Below, in pieces: positions 12,328-24,707 of a stretch of 60,812 nucleotides of DNA. The stretch is from Octopus sinensis (Eukaryota), in contig NW_021832388.1 in the NCBI RefSeq assembly GCF_006345805.1, positions 1 through 60,812 of the forward strand. The letters are read 5' to 3'. The translations under genes were made by a program, and so were the position numbers. A model generated the notes under the pieces. The model did not search any database. It was not told where the DNA came from and was given only the letters and a program-made list of their open reading frames with translations. The first letter of the stretch is position 1. Each line of letters begins with the position of its first letter.

Positions 12328-12927
12328 TATTTCTTTACTACCCACAAGGGGCTAAACACAGAGAGGACAAACAAGGACAGGCAAACGGATTAAGTCGATT
12401 ATATCGACCCCAGTGCGTAACTGGTACTTATTTAATCGACCCCGAAAGGATGAAAGGCAAAGTCGACCTCGGCGGAATTTGAACTCAGAACATAGCTGCT
12501 GACGAAATACCTGTTTCTTTACTACCCACAAGGGGTTAAACATAGAGGGGACAAACAAGGACAGCCAAACGGATTAAGTCGATTATATCGACCCCAGTGC
12601 GTAACTGGTACTTATTTAATCGACCCCGAAAGGATGAAAGGCAAAGTCGCCTCGACGGAATTTGAACTCAGAACGTAACAGCAGACGAAATACCTATTTC
12701 TTTACTACCCACAAGGGGCTAAACACAGAGAGGACAAACAAGGACAGGCAAACGGATTAAGTCGATTATATCGACCCCAGCGCGTAACTCGTACTTAATT
12801 TATCGACCCCGAAAGGATGAAAGGCAAAGTCGACCTCGGCGGAATTTGAACTCAGAACGTAACGGCAGACGAAATACCGCTAAGCATTTCGCCCGGCGTG
12901 CTAACGTTTCTGCCAGCTTGCCGCCTT
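12328..12927 (-). mobile_element. Tandem trimer of SINE-B within one 14-bp TSD
   Basis: Units 12328-12511, 12512-12694 and 12695-12927 (only the last has the head); TSD CCCGGTTTAATACC at 12314-12327 and 12929-12942. Confidence 0.9.
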
Positions 12928-13059
12928 GCCCGGTTTAATACCACCTCCTGGTCTTTAGATGCCTTTAACGGATAACTCTCTGCTGCAAGCGTTCGGGCTA
13001 GGTTTCCGGTAACAAGATGATTTCATTGATTCTTTCCATCTAGCTTAGAGGCCCTTAAG

Positions 13060-13204
13060 AATGTTTGTTTCCCAACAACATAGTTCCGGGTTCACTTCCA
13101 CTTCGTGACACCTTCGAAAGGTGTCTTCTACTAAAGCCACGGGCTGATCAAAGCATTATAAGTGGATTTGGTAGATGGAAGCTGAAAAGAGCCTGTGGAA
13201 TATA

Positions 13205-13242
<38 letters not shown>

Positions 13243-14010
13243 GAGAGAGAGAGAGAGAGAGAGAGATAGAGAGGAGAGAAGATGTATTCACTACATATAT
13301 ATATATTATATATTATATATTATTATATATATATATATATATATTAGCAGTATAGCCCGGCATTGCTCGGGTTGGTTGTTTTCTTTTCGACCCATTTGAA
13401 TTGGAATTTTTTAAAAGTAAAAATTTTGCGTTATGTAGCTTGTTATTCTCTTTAAGTGAACATTTTTCTGGTTGAAATACACCGAAAATGGCGACACAGC
13501 GGTCAAAATATTGTAAAAAAGTAAGGATTTTCATAGAAAAAAAAGCACCCTTTTGATGTAAATAATTTTTGGTCGTAACATGGTCCGATTTGAATTTTTT
13601 TCCTCTACGGAATAAAGAGCAAGCCTTCTATCATACTGTCAATTTTGGTCAACTTGCGCCGCAGGGTCTTGGAGGAGTCAACCAAGGTGTTGTAAGTCGA
13701 TTGTGCAGACATAAAAGAAACTGCGTGTACGTGTTTGTGTGTGTAGCTGCGTTTGTCCTCACCCTACACCGCTTGACAACCAATATCGGTTTGTTTACTC
13801 CTCCATTACGTAGCGTGGTCCGGTAGTACCAGATTCAAAAATAAGTACTACTGCTTGGCAACCGGTATTGGTTTGTTTGCGTTCTCGTAACTTCGCGGTT
13901 CGGCAAAACGAAACCGATGGAATTAAGTACTATGCTTCAAAATAAGTAATGGGGCCGTTTTGTTCCACTAAACCCCACGAGGCGGTGCTCCGGTATGGTC
14001 ACAGTTCAAG
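13060..14010 (+). mobile_element. Old SINE-A (head 13060-13200, tail 13720-14010) split by family-D element
   Basis: Diverged but collinear SINE-A halves. Confidence 0.65.
13343..13677 (+). mobile_element. Family D, Helitron/Helentron-like non-autonomous element (3' truncated)
   Basis: 5' (A)TAGCAGTATAGCCCGGCATTGCTCGGG with a small hairpin; copies at 26055, 27542 and 41669. Confidence 0.65.
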
Positions 14011-14145
14011 ATATTTTAACATCCTCGGATAGTATTTCTCCCCAAAACGTTTATGGAAAACAAAACATTTTGTAATACTTCCGGCTTTTTTTTTCTCTCT
14101 TAGCTTTCGTTCGCATTTTTGCTTTGTTATTTGTCGTTTTTATGT

Positions 14146-14475
14146 TTTACTCTTTTACTCTTTTACTTGTTTCAGTCATTTGACTGTGGCCATGCTGGAG
14201 CACCGCCTTTAATCGAGCAAATCGACCCCACGACTTATTCTTTGGAAGCCTTGTACTTATTCTGTTTGTCTCTTTTTGCCGAACCGGTAAGTTACGGGGA
14301 CGTAAAAACACCAGCATTGGTTGTCAAGCGATGTTGGGGGAACAAACACAAACATATACACGCATATATATATATATATATACATATATATATAAGCATA
14401 TATACATACACACATATATATATACATATATATATATATATTATATATATATATATATATGATAATATATATATC

Positions 14476-14516
<41 letters not shown>

Positions 14517-14677
14517 GACGGCTTCTTTCAGTTTCCGTCTATCAAATCCACTCACAAGGCTTTGGTCGGCCGAGGCTATAGTAGAAGACACTAGCCCAAG
14601 GTGCCATGCAGTGGGACTGAACCCGGAACTATGTGGCTGGTAAGCAAGCTACTTACCACACAGCCACTCCAACGCCT
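14146..14677 (-). mobile_element. SINE-A, full length, long (TA)n linker
   Basis: Head, linker and tail all present. Confidence 0.9.
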
Positions 14678-15199
14678 TTGTTCGTTATTTTTGGTTGGTT
14701 TTTTTTTCTTCCTTTTGTTTTTCTTTTTCTTTTGCCCTTTTTTTTATTCGAGTAACTTTATTCATACACGATGACCCAAGTCAAGAATTTTTTTTATTGT
14801 GAAAACGGGAAGATGGACAAAATGTCAAACACGAAAGACGAACAGCCAAACAGACAATCAGACAATCAGACGATCAGACCAACAAAAGAGGAATAACTAC
14901 AGCAATAACAAAACAGCCATAATATCAACAACAGCAGCAGCAACAACAACAACAACAACAACAACTATAACAGCAACAGGAACAGGAACAATATTCACGC
15001 CATCAACAGCAGTGAAATGGCACACTGACAATAAATTAAGGCAAGGTGAAATTAGTGATTCGCAGAATATAAATTCTATGAGGGAAAGCGCTTTCTGTCT
15101 GAAGGTGCCAATACCATTCAGATTAAGCATATTAAAACTTTAATTGTTCTTCGTTGCTCTTCACCCTGGCACTCGACTCTAATGTTTTTAATTCCTCTC

Positions 15200-15336
15200 C
15201 TCTGCGTCCACCTCCTTTCTTTCTTACTTTCTTTCTTTCTTTCTTTCTTTATCGTCCTCTTTCTCCTCCAAACTTTATGTTCTGTCTTCACTCTTCTATG
15301 CATTCCTTTCGGCTTCTATTTTCGTATTTCCTTGCC

Positions 15337-15384
<48 letters not shown>

Positions 15385-16370
15385 TCCCTCCCTCTCTCTC
15401 TCTCGTTCGCTCGCTCTTTCCCTCTCTCTATTTAGATCACTATCTCTTTCTGTCTTTCTTTCTCTCCCTCTTTTTCCCTCTCTCTCTCTCGTTCGCTCAC
15501 TCTTTCCCTCTCTCTATTTAGATCACTATCTCTTTCAGTCTTTCTTACTCGCCCTCTTTTTCCCTCTCTCTCTCCTTCTCTCCCTTTCTACCTACCTCTC
15601 TCTGTCTCTTTCTCCTTCTTTGCCGCTTTCTTTTTCTCGCTGCCCCTCTCTTTCCCTTTCTCTCTCTCTCTCTCGTTCGATCGCTCTCTCCCTATTTCTT
15701 TCTGTCTTTCTTTTTCTGTTACTTCACCTTTTCTTTCTCTTCCTCTTTTTCCCTCTCTCTCTCTCTCTCATTAGCTCGCGCTCTCTCCCTCTCTCTATTT
15801 AGATCACTATCTCTTTCTATCTTTCTTTCTCTGTTACTTCCCCTTTCTTTCTCTCCCTCTTTTTCCCTCTCTCTCTCTCCTCTCCTCTCCCTTTTTACCT
15901 ACCTATCTATATCTCTGTTACTTCCCCTTTCTTTCTCTCCCACTTTTCCCCTCTCTCTCTCTCTTTCTCTCCTCTCCCTTTCTATCTACCTATTTATATC
16001 TCTATCTTTCTCCTTCTTTGTCACTTTCTTTTTCTCGCTGCCTTTCCCTCTCTCTCTCTCTCACACACACTTATGTACCCTACTTCTCTCTCTTACGCTC
16101 ACCGTTTCCTCCCCTCTCTTTCTCCCCCTCTTTCTCTATATATGCGTATACCTTTCTTTCTATATAGTTTCTTTCACTCTTTCGCTTTCCTATACAGTCA
16201 TTCATTTTCTATATATCTCTTAGTCTCCAATACACATGCACTATTTCTCTTTTTCTACTTTCACTTTCTCTCTTTCTATCTCCCTTTCACTCTCTCACTC
16301 TTTCGCTTTGCTCTCCTTTCCTCCCTCCCTCTCTCTCTCTCTCTTCTCTCTCTCCTTCTCTCTTTGTATC
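15200..16370. repeat. About 1.1-kb polypyrimidine (CT-rich) tract with an internal 86-bp repeat
   Basis: Marker TATTTAGATCACTATCTCTTTC at 15429, 15515 and 15796. Confidence 0.85.
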
Positions 16371-16514
16371 TACTTACTTTGTATGATTTTTGCTTGAGTT
16401 TTATTCAAGCCTTCTTGAGAGAATTCACGCCGGTTGCTAACAAAGCGACAACATTTTTTAAGTTAAGCCAGTTCCCGGTGTTTGTAAATACGTGGTGGTG
16501 TTTTATTCGAGGAG

Positions 16515-16732
16515 AATTTTGGAAATGTCTTACAGATCTTCACTGTGCCACTAATAGATTAGATTAGGAGATTCCGGGTCAATTTCTTTTCTGAGTGTTT
16601 CTAGATTTTTTTGCAGGTTTTTTGGTACGTAACCTTATGCACCTATAAAGATAGGTACGAATGGGAATTCATAGTCAGAATACAAGAGCTCTAAGTTCCG
16701 CATTAATTCGCCATAAATGCACTTTTTCCTGG
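16515..16732 (-). mobile_element. RLE-type LINE (second family) C-terminal relic
   Basis: IYGELMRNLELLYSDYEFPFVPIFIGA*GYVPKNL... and SISGTVKICKTFPKF; matches relics at 49012 and 52795. Confidence 0.6.
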
Positions 16733-16876
16733 ACATGGTTTCGGGTTCAGACCCACTGCGTGGCACCTTGAGCAAGTGTCTCCTACTATAGCCTCGGGCC
16801 GACCAAAGCCTTGTGAGTGGATTTGGTAGGCGGAAACTGAAAGAAGCCCGTCGTATATATGTGTATATATATATAT

Positions 16877-16955
<79 letters not shown>

Positions 16956-16969
16956 ATATATATCATACA

Positions 16970-17038
<69 letters not shown>

Positions 17039-17275
17039 AATATATGTATGTATGTGTGTGTATACGTTAGTGTGTCTGTGTTTGTCCCCCCAATATCGCT
17101 TGACAACCGATGCTGGTGTGTTTACGCTCTCGTAACTTAGCGGTTCGGCATTAGAGACCGATAGAATAAGTACTAGGCTTACAAAGAATAAGTCCTGGGG
17201 TCGATTTGCTCGACTAAATGCGGTGCTCCAGCATGGCCACAGTCAATTGACCGAAACAAGTAAAGGAGTAAAAGA
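16733..17275 (+). mobile_element. SINE-A (5' truncated) with a (TA)n-rich linker over 200 bp
   Basis: Sequence match to the family. Confidence 0.9.
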
Positions 17276-17361
17276 CTCCGCAAGAAGACACCGTGTATGT
17301 ATGTATGTATGTATGTATGTATGTATGTATGTATGTATGCATGTATGTGTGTATGTATGTG

Positions 17362-17746
17362 TGGAGGCGCAATGGCCCAGTGGTTAGGGCAGCGGACTCG
17401 CGGTCCTAGGATCGCGGTTTCGATTCCCAGACCGGGCGTTGTGAGTGTTTATTGAGCGAAAACACCTAAAGCTCCACGAGGCTCCGGCAGGGATGGTGGT
17501 GATCCCTGCTGTACTCTTTCACCACAACTTTCTCTTACTCTTACTTCCTGTTTCTGTTGTACCTGTATTTCAAGGGGCCGGCCTTGTCATTCTCTGTGTC
17601 ACGCTGAATATCCACGAGAACTACGTTAAGGGTACACGTGTCTGTGGAGTGCTCAGCCACTTACACGTTAATTTCACGAGCAGGCTGTTCCGTTGATCGG
17701 ATCAACCGGAACCCTCATCGTCGTAACCGACGGGGTGCTTCCATCC
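17362..17746 (+). mobile_element. SINE-C, full length, inside (TATG)n
   Basis: Same as the 10036 copy; (TATG)n on both sides. Confidence 0.92.
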
Positions 17747-17929
17747 CATGTATGTATGTATGTATGTATGTATGTATGTATGTATGTATGTATGTATGTA
17801 TGTATGTATGTATGTATGTATGTATGTACACACATACATACATACACACACACACGTGTGTGTACTCAATAGTTCATATATCCGAAAAAGGAGCTCACTC
17901 TAAAGTATTAGAGCAGTGATATATATTTT

Positions 17930-18078
17930 TAGGAAGTTAATTGTTATGGCTGGTCATAGAGCGATCATTGGTTTCGCACTTCTAAAGCGCTTAGCAATAT
18001 AGACGTCGTCTGCACCACTAAGCGGCTTATAAGTGCGAAAGCAATGGTCACTTTATGACTGGCCATAACTTTGAACTT
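17930..18078. mobile_element. Foldback MITE-like element (family H)
   Basis: Imperfect inverted arms of about 60 bp; second copy at 22104-22260. Confidence 0.7.
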
Positions 18079-18214
18079 ACTGATATATATATTTTTTTCT
18101 TAATATATATACCTACCTACACACACAAGAGACACATAGATACACAGACAGAAACACGCACACACACACACTTACACACACACATACTTACACACACACT
18201 CTCGTATTATAGAC

Positions 18215-18411
<197 letters not shown>

Positions 18412-18827
18412 CAGCTATATGAATTATTTTACAATATAAATTCTCGATTTATTAAAATTATCTCCACCACTAGACGTATCGTAATTATCAAATGACAATT
18501 AAGACCTGTTCCACTTGATGAGAGCAGATGATCTCAAGGTATAAGAAATTTACTAAGTAGACATGGTATTAAAGAAAAAAACAAACCTTTTGTCTGGAGA
18601 CACGAGGACATCCGTGGACACGTGTTTCTGGCCAAGTAGCTGTCATCGATTGCTTAAGCGTTGTGGCAAGGAAGTACGCCCTGGCAACATGTGTCATGCT
18701 TTCACGGATTATATTACGCGCCTGTGTAGTTCTTAGGGGACATAGATATCTTTTCGGCTCGCTCACTTTAGACTCAGTGGGACACCGAAGATGGTAGGTA
18801 GGTGATGGCTGCTTCAGTAGTCTCTTA

Positions 18828-18991
18828 TCCTCTTTTACACTTTTACTTCTTTCAGTCATTTGACTGTGGCCATGCTGGAGCACCACCTTGAGCAAATCGA
18901 CGCCAGGACTTATTCTTTGTAAGCCTAGTACTTATTCTATCGATCTCTTTTGCCGAACCGCTAAGTGACGGGGACGTAACACACCAGCATC
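18828..18991 (-). mobile_element. SINE-A tail fused to an RTE fragment
   Basis: Tail sequence begins at the GATG shared with the RTE piece. Confidence 0.85.
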
Positions 18992-19310
18992 AGGGTAGGA
19001 GAGTGTGCGCCCTCTGGTATCGTGAGCAGATGGCTTCCAGAGGAGAAGAGTAGAAATTACCTCGTTTTCAACTCTGCAACAATGTCCAGCAAACTGGACT
19101 CTCCTACCTTTCACAAGAGATGATGCAGGTGGTAGTTTCCCATATAGTTGTACTTTGGTTGGATGACGCTTCCACGAGAGATTTTGAGCTCTCATAAGGA
19201 GGCGAGTGTAAGTTCCATCCAACCGTCTCTCAAGCTTCTTTGATAACGTCCAGGTTTCTGAGCCATATAGTAGAATTGGTTCGACAGTGGATTTGAAGAT
19301 TTTAAGTTTG
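18989..19310 (-). mobile_element. RTE-like LINE ORF2 C-terminal fragment
   Basis: KLKIFKSTVEPILLYGSETWTL...FAGHCCR...LLLWKP...RGRTLSYPD (LLYGSETW and GH..R are RTE-type motifs). Confidence 0.8.
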
Positions 19311-20519
19311 AAAAAAAAAATGTTAGGCGTATTCAGATACAAAACGTCGTAACAAATCAGTGCTGTCTGTAATTTCTTCAGAAAATCTGCAGAGATAACC
19401 GTAAAAAGTAGTTTAATCCGTATTAACCCACCTTCCTCGTTTGAGGACTGTTGTATTTGGTTCATTTACTGCAATAAAGGTTAACTGGACGCAAAATAGT
19501 GCCCGTTGTATTTATTTAACCATTGTATTTGGTTTATTTACTGCAATAAAGTTTAACTGAACGCTTCCGTGTGTTTGTTATCCGTATTTATATAACTATC
19601 TTTAAAATTTCGACAGGGTTAACCTGGGTTAAAATGGTTAATAGCACTGCTAACACACTAGAACACATTATTGACTGATAAAGGCGTTTAATAAACTTTG
19701 TAGTATATCATGGTTGCATAACGAAATACGGTGTCCCTATAAGTCATTAGTCGATAAATAAAGTACCAGGCAAGAAATGAAGGACGATTTCTCTCTTCTA
19801 CTCTCTTACTCTCTCTCTCTCTGTCTCTGTCTACCTCTCTCTCTCTCCCTCCTTCCCCATCTCTTTCTCTCTCTTAATTGGCTACGTCACGCTGTACATA
19901 GGATCAGACAGCATCATTCACTGCGTCCCTTTTCTCCAGGAATGGAAGAGGATTGAACGAACGGCCAGCAATCACTTTGCGATGGAAAAACTGAGCCACA
20001 GCTGAAACAGTCCAAGGACAAACCAATGTGTTATATAGCACAGAACGGATATAAAGAGAAAAAAGTAATTAACTAATATAGTTTTCTCCTCACAGCATCA
20101 CAATATAATTATTTCCTAGTTAGCTTTTTAATGCGACGTCCATTAAATGTGCTAACACAGACATAACTATTATATGTTCCATAGCCTTGTGTCGTATTCA
20201 TTCCACGTTACCTTAATTGCATTGCGTGTATGGCCAGTGGAAAGACTAGATTCATTTTAATCGTTGTATGTATCGCATAATGCATAATGTGGTGGATGTT
20301 GTGGTATTGTCTGAACGAATTAAGTCTTTACTACACTCGCGGCTTTTTAATTCATTCTTCATAACGTTGACATTATTGCAGATATGGAATGGAAGTTTGA
20401 GAGAAAAGGTTTTTCAAAAGATTTTTCTTTTTTGGCTTTTAATGCGGATTACTAACCAACAGTGTCGTTGGTTATAAGTTTCTAAGTTCGCTGTTTCAAT
20501 GCATCTATTTAATTCCATG

Positions 20520-20848
20520 CCTGGTACTAATCTTATTAGTCTCTGTTTTTTTGTTTTTTTTTACCGAATCAACTTACAAGGACGTAAACAAACCAACACC
20601 AGTAGTCAAGCGGTGGTGGAGGACAAACAGACAGACACACACACGCACACACGCACGCACAGTAACACACAAACATGTATGTCTACGACGGGCTTCTTTC
20701 AGTTTCCATTTACCATATCCATTCAAGGCTTTGGCCGGCCCGGAGCTGTAATTGAAGACATTTGTCTAAGGTTCTACAAAGTGGGATTAAACTTGGAACC
20801 ACATGGATAGGAAGCTAACCCCTTAGCATAAAGGCACGCCTGCGCCTA
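20520..20848 (-). mobile_element. Diverged SINE-A
   Basis: Recognisable head, (CA) linker and partial tail. Confidence 0.7.
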
Positions 20849-21175
20849 TATCTAGAACTATAGTGTCAAATATGTCCAACCGTTTTGCGAGAAGATAGAA
20901 TGTACGACTTTGGCCAAATTTCCTTGCAAGTCAAAAAGAACTACGTAGCATTTTCTATCGTAGCTTGTCTAATTATATGGGAAGGAGTTTAAAGTATGTG
21001 GAAGTGATAACTGTCTCTTTGTAGCTGAATTTATTTTGAGAACAAGGTGTTGGGGGGACAGAAATAACTAGTCACTCAGTCACTACAGGGGTGAGGGGGC
21101 TTTAATGTAAAAAGACAATTAGGGATGAAGAAGAATATAGGAATATGTGCGTGAGTGTTTGTGAGCTTGTTTGTT

Positions 21176-21228
<53 letters not shown>

Positions 21229-21405
21229 GACAGAGACAGACAGGAAGTAGAAATACACGAAAAAGAAAGAGGATATGATTAATAACAGGAGTGGGCAGCT
21301 TAGTCAGCGACATAGTCAATATATATATATATCGTAATACTCTTTTTTGACTCTTATTTTTAGCAATCACTGGTGCTATTTTGCACCCTTTATTTATTAA
21401 TTCCT

Positions 21406-21471
<66 letters not shown>

Positions 21472-22103
21472 TTTATAATTATACCATATGTTACATATAA
21501 ATTATATCATACTCTCTCACACTCTTCCTCCTTGACTCGTTGCTCACACGTTACCAACGGCTATCTATCTTCCTTTCTTCCACTTCCTTCCTAAAGACAA
21601 GACGTGCTTTTGCCTATTTCTTCTCAAAGCTCGTTTTTCCAGCGTTCACCAGTTCACTTCGTTATGGCCTAACAGCCCTCACCGTTTGTTTGTTTTTACT
21701 GTTTTGTTTTTATTGTCCTGTTCTTGTTACCACTTTAACCCTCCGCAAAAAATCCCAAATTTTATTTAATTTGCTTTGTGGGAAGGACTGGTTTAACGAA
21801 GTCGTGTCTTGCCCCACCCTTCGAAACGCGGAGTAGATAAAACAAGGGACAACTGATGAAGGGAATGTTCTTTATGTTGACTGTTTCATTTCTCTATTTG
21901 TTTCTTTCGTTGTTCGAAAAAAAGATCGTTTCTCATGCTTTTGTTTTTTATGTTCTCGTTTCTCATTTTCTTCCCGTTTTTTTTTGACGTCCTGTACCCA
22001 TGTATGCATGTATATATGCATATATATGTAGGTATGTACATGTATGTGTGTATATATGCATACTTATGTATTATTTATAGTAAACACACGCACACACACA
22101 CAT

Positions 22104-22260
22104 GAAGTTAATTGTTATGGTTTTTTCACTTTTCATAGGGTGACCATTGATTTCGCATCCATAAAATCTTAGCCGTCTGACAAGTCACTTATACGACTTA
22201 GCGCTTTATAGGTGCGAAACCCATGGTCACTCTATGATCGGCCATGACAATTAACTTTCT
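22104..22260. mobile_element. Foldback MITE-like element (family H, copy 2)
   Basis: AAGTTAATTGTTATGG...CCATGACAATTAACTT termini. Confidence 0.7.
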
Positions 22261-22304
22261 AATAAATAAATAAATATATTCATGTATGTATGTATGTATG
22301 TATG

Positions 22305-22338
<34 letters not shown>

Positions 22339-22619
22339 TGTATGTATGTATGTATGTGTATGTATGTATGTATGTTGACGTCAACAGAATCCATACATGT
22401 CGAGAAAATGTTAACCTTTTCATTTTCGGAACAGTGGATCTCAAAGCAAATATAGCCATAAATAATATCGTGCAAATATTGAGATACTGAGTTAAGACAA
22501 CAACAAACAAAATAACATTTGGATAGAAAATGTCGAAGATTGCCCGTAGGACGCAAAACCACCTCTGTAAACATGACAAGAGTTCTACCTCATGCGTGTG
22601 GGTAAATGTGTTGGTATGT

Positions 22620-22850
22620 AGGGCGCTGGCAGAATCGGTAGCACGACGGGCGAAATGCTTAGCGGTATTTCGTCTGCCGCTACGTCCTGAGTTCAAATTC
22701 CGCCGAGGTCGACTTTGCCTTTCATCTTTTCGGGGTCGATTAAATAAGTACCAGTTACGCACTGGGGTCGATATAACCGATTTAACCTGTTTGTCTGTCC
22801 TTGTTTGTCCCCTCTGTGTTTGGCCCCTTGTGGGTAGTAAACAAATAGGT
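22620..22850 (+). mobile_element. SINE-B
   Basis: Family match; ends AAATAGGTAT. Confidence 0.88.
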
Positions 22851-23299
22851 ATGTGTTTGCTAGGAATCAAATAAGTAAAAAAGGATCTCCGTCGATTGAT
22901 CGATCAAATGAATTGCCTACTTATTCAGTTATAAAGTGACTCAGGCTCCACAGACCCTTGTATATTTAACGTCATTTCAAAGAAGATACGGAACGACACA
23001 TTCCAAAAATAATTTTATTGTTTGAATGAATAGTACAGCGCATCTGTCGAGTGCCGTACTCTTTGTTTCCTCAAATTCACTCACAATCGACTGACGATAC
23101 GGTGAAAAACACAGGTTCGAGAATACATGGTCGAGAAGCAAACTTCTCGAACTCGTCCATGCCTGCGTTTGTGTGTCTGCGTGTGTGTGTGCATGCGTGC
23201 CTACGTGTATGAAGGCGCATAGTGTAGTGTTCAGTTATTAGACTTTACAATCATAAAGTTATGAGCTTTCGTTCCTGGACCGATCAGTGTGTTGTGACC

Positions 23300-23412
23300 T
23301 GGATACAGGCATCCAGCAACAGGACCTCCGTAATGCTATGATGGACCGTGAAGTCTGGTGTAACATAGTGAATTCCATTGTCTCGACCACGGTCGAACAA
23401 TGATGATGATGA
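23300..23412 (+). mobile_element. RTE-like LINE extreme 3' end with (TGA)n tail
   Basis: DTGIQQQDLRNAMMDREVWCNIVNSIVSTTVEQ* then TGATGATGA; preceded by a degenerate SINE-F-like head (about 23205-23298). Confidence 0.7.
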
Positions 23413-23597
23413 CGCCTAACGCAAGCAACAATGCATTCGAAAATGGAAAAATAGGTTAATGGATGTATATTCCATACTTCAGGATCTCTTGCTCCTTCAC
23501 CAACACCTGTCCAACCCATTAACCATCCACGAAATCATTACTTAAATAACCACTAAATATAGCGGTGTGACATTATTGGAGAGGCCAATTTTACATA

Positions 23598-23811
23598 ACT
23601 CTTTTACTCTTTTACTTGTTTCAGTCACTTGTTTCAGACTGCGGCCATGCTGTAGCATTGCCTTTAGTCGAACAAATTGTTTGTAAGCCTAGCACTTAGT
23701 CTATCGGTCGCTTTTGCCGAGCTGCTAAGTTACGGGGACGTAAACACGCCAACATAGGTTGTCAAGTGAAGGCGGGAGGACAAGCACAAACACACAAATG
23801 AATACATATAT

Positions 23812-23886
<75 letters not shown>

Positions 23887-23953
23887 GTATATATATATAT
23901 ATATATATACGACGGGCTTCTTTCAGTTTCCCTCCGCCAAATCCTCTCACAAG
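23598..23953 (-). mobile_element. SINE-A (5' truncated)
   Basis: Tail, (TA)n linker and part of the head. Confidence 0.85.
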
Positions 23954-23954
23954 T

Positions 23955-24674
23955 GATGTTGGTGGTGGTGTTGGTGGTGGTGGTGGTGGTGGTGGTGGTG
24001 GTGGTGGTAGTGGTGGTGGTGATGGTTGTGGTGGCGACAGGGGCGTTGGTGGTGGAGCTTGCTGCAGTAGTAGCGGTGGGGGGGTTAGTGGTGGTGGTGA
24101 GATGGTAGGAGTGGTAGCAGTGATGGTGGGGATGGTGGTGATGGTGGTGGCTTTGTTGTGAGATTATCGGTGGCTGCCTTGAAATTTGGAATAAAACCCA
24201 GCTACGCTAAAAAAAATTAAATGGATAAAAGTTGCCCAATTACCCTACAGTAATCTCGAACCTGAGACCTGACGATTGCCGAATAAATTACTTAACCACT
24301 CAGCCATGCATATCTCCTCGGTACTTAACACTGGCAAACGAAGGCGATCCTATGTAGTGACAAGCCATCCCAGGAAAATGCAATCAAATTCTTACCATTA
24401 CATACGAAAAACACGGGATAGTCACGCCTAGAACGCTCTTATCGTAGGTCTACTCAATCAGGGAAACAACAACAACAACAACAACAACAACAAAATGTCT
24501 ACAACAACAACTGTGTTTGATAGAAATAAGCCAGTGAAATAAACGTTTAGTTCTAGAATGATCGTCTTTATCATCACCACCACCATCGGTAGCATCATCA
24601 TCGTTATCATCATCGTCGTCGTCATTATCATCATCACATCCAGCACCACCGTTTCTACCACTTCCACCACCACC

Positions 24675-24707
<33 letters not shown>

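Noticed and set aside
17362-17440. tRNA gene calls for SINE heads
   Set aside because: A/B boxes are present but they continue into multi-copy SINE bodies with TSDs; no complete cloverleaf supported.
19451-19563. 42-bp imperfect direct repeat with a 72-bp period
   Set aside because: Simple local duplication with no further structure.
19940-20005. Candidate exon after CCCTTTTCTCCAG (EWKRIERTASNHFAMEKLSHS*)
   Set aside because: Good acceptor, but no recognisable peptide or partner exon; needs RNA-seq.
21805-21870. Possible type II hammerhead (GAAAC...CTGATGAAGGG)
   Set aside because: Helix I cannot be formed and helix II is weak.
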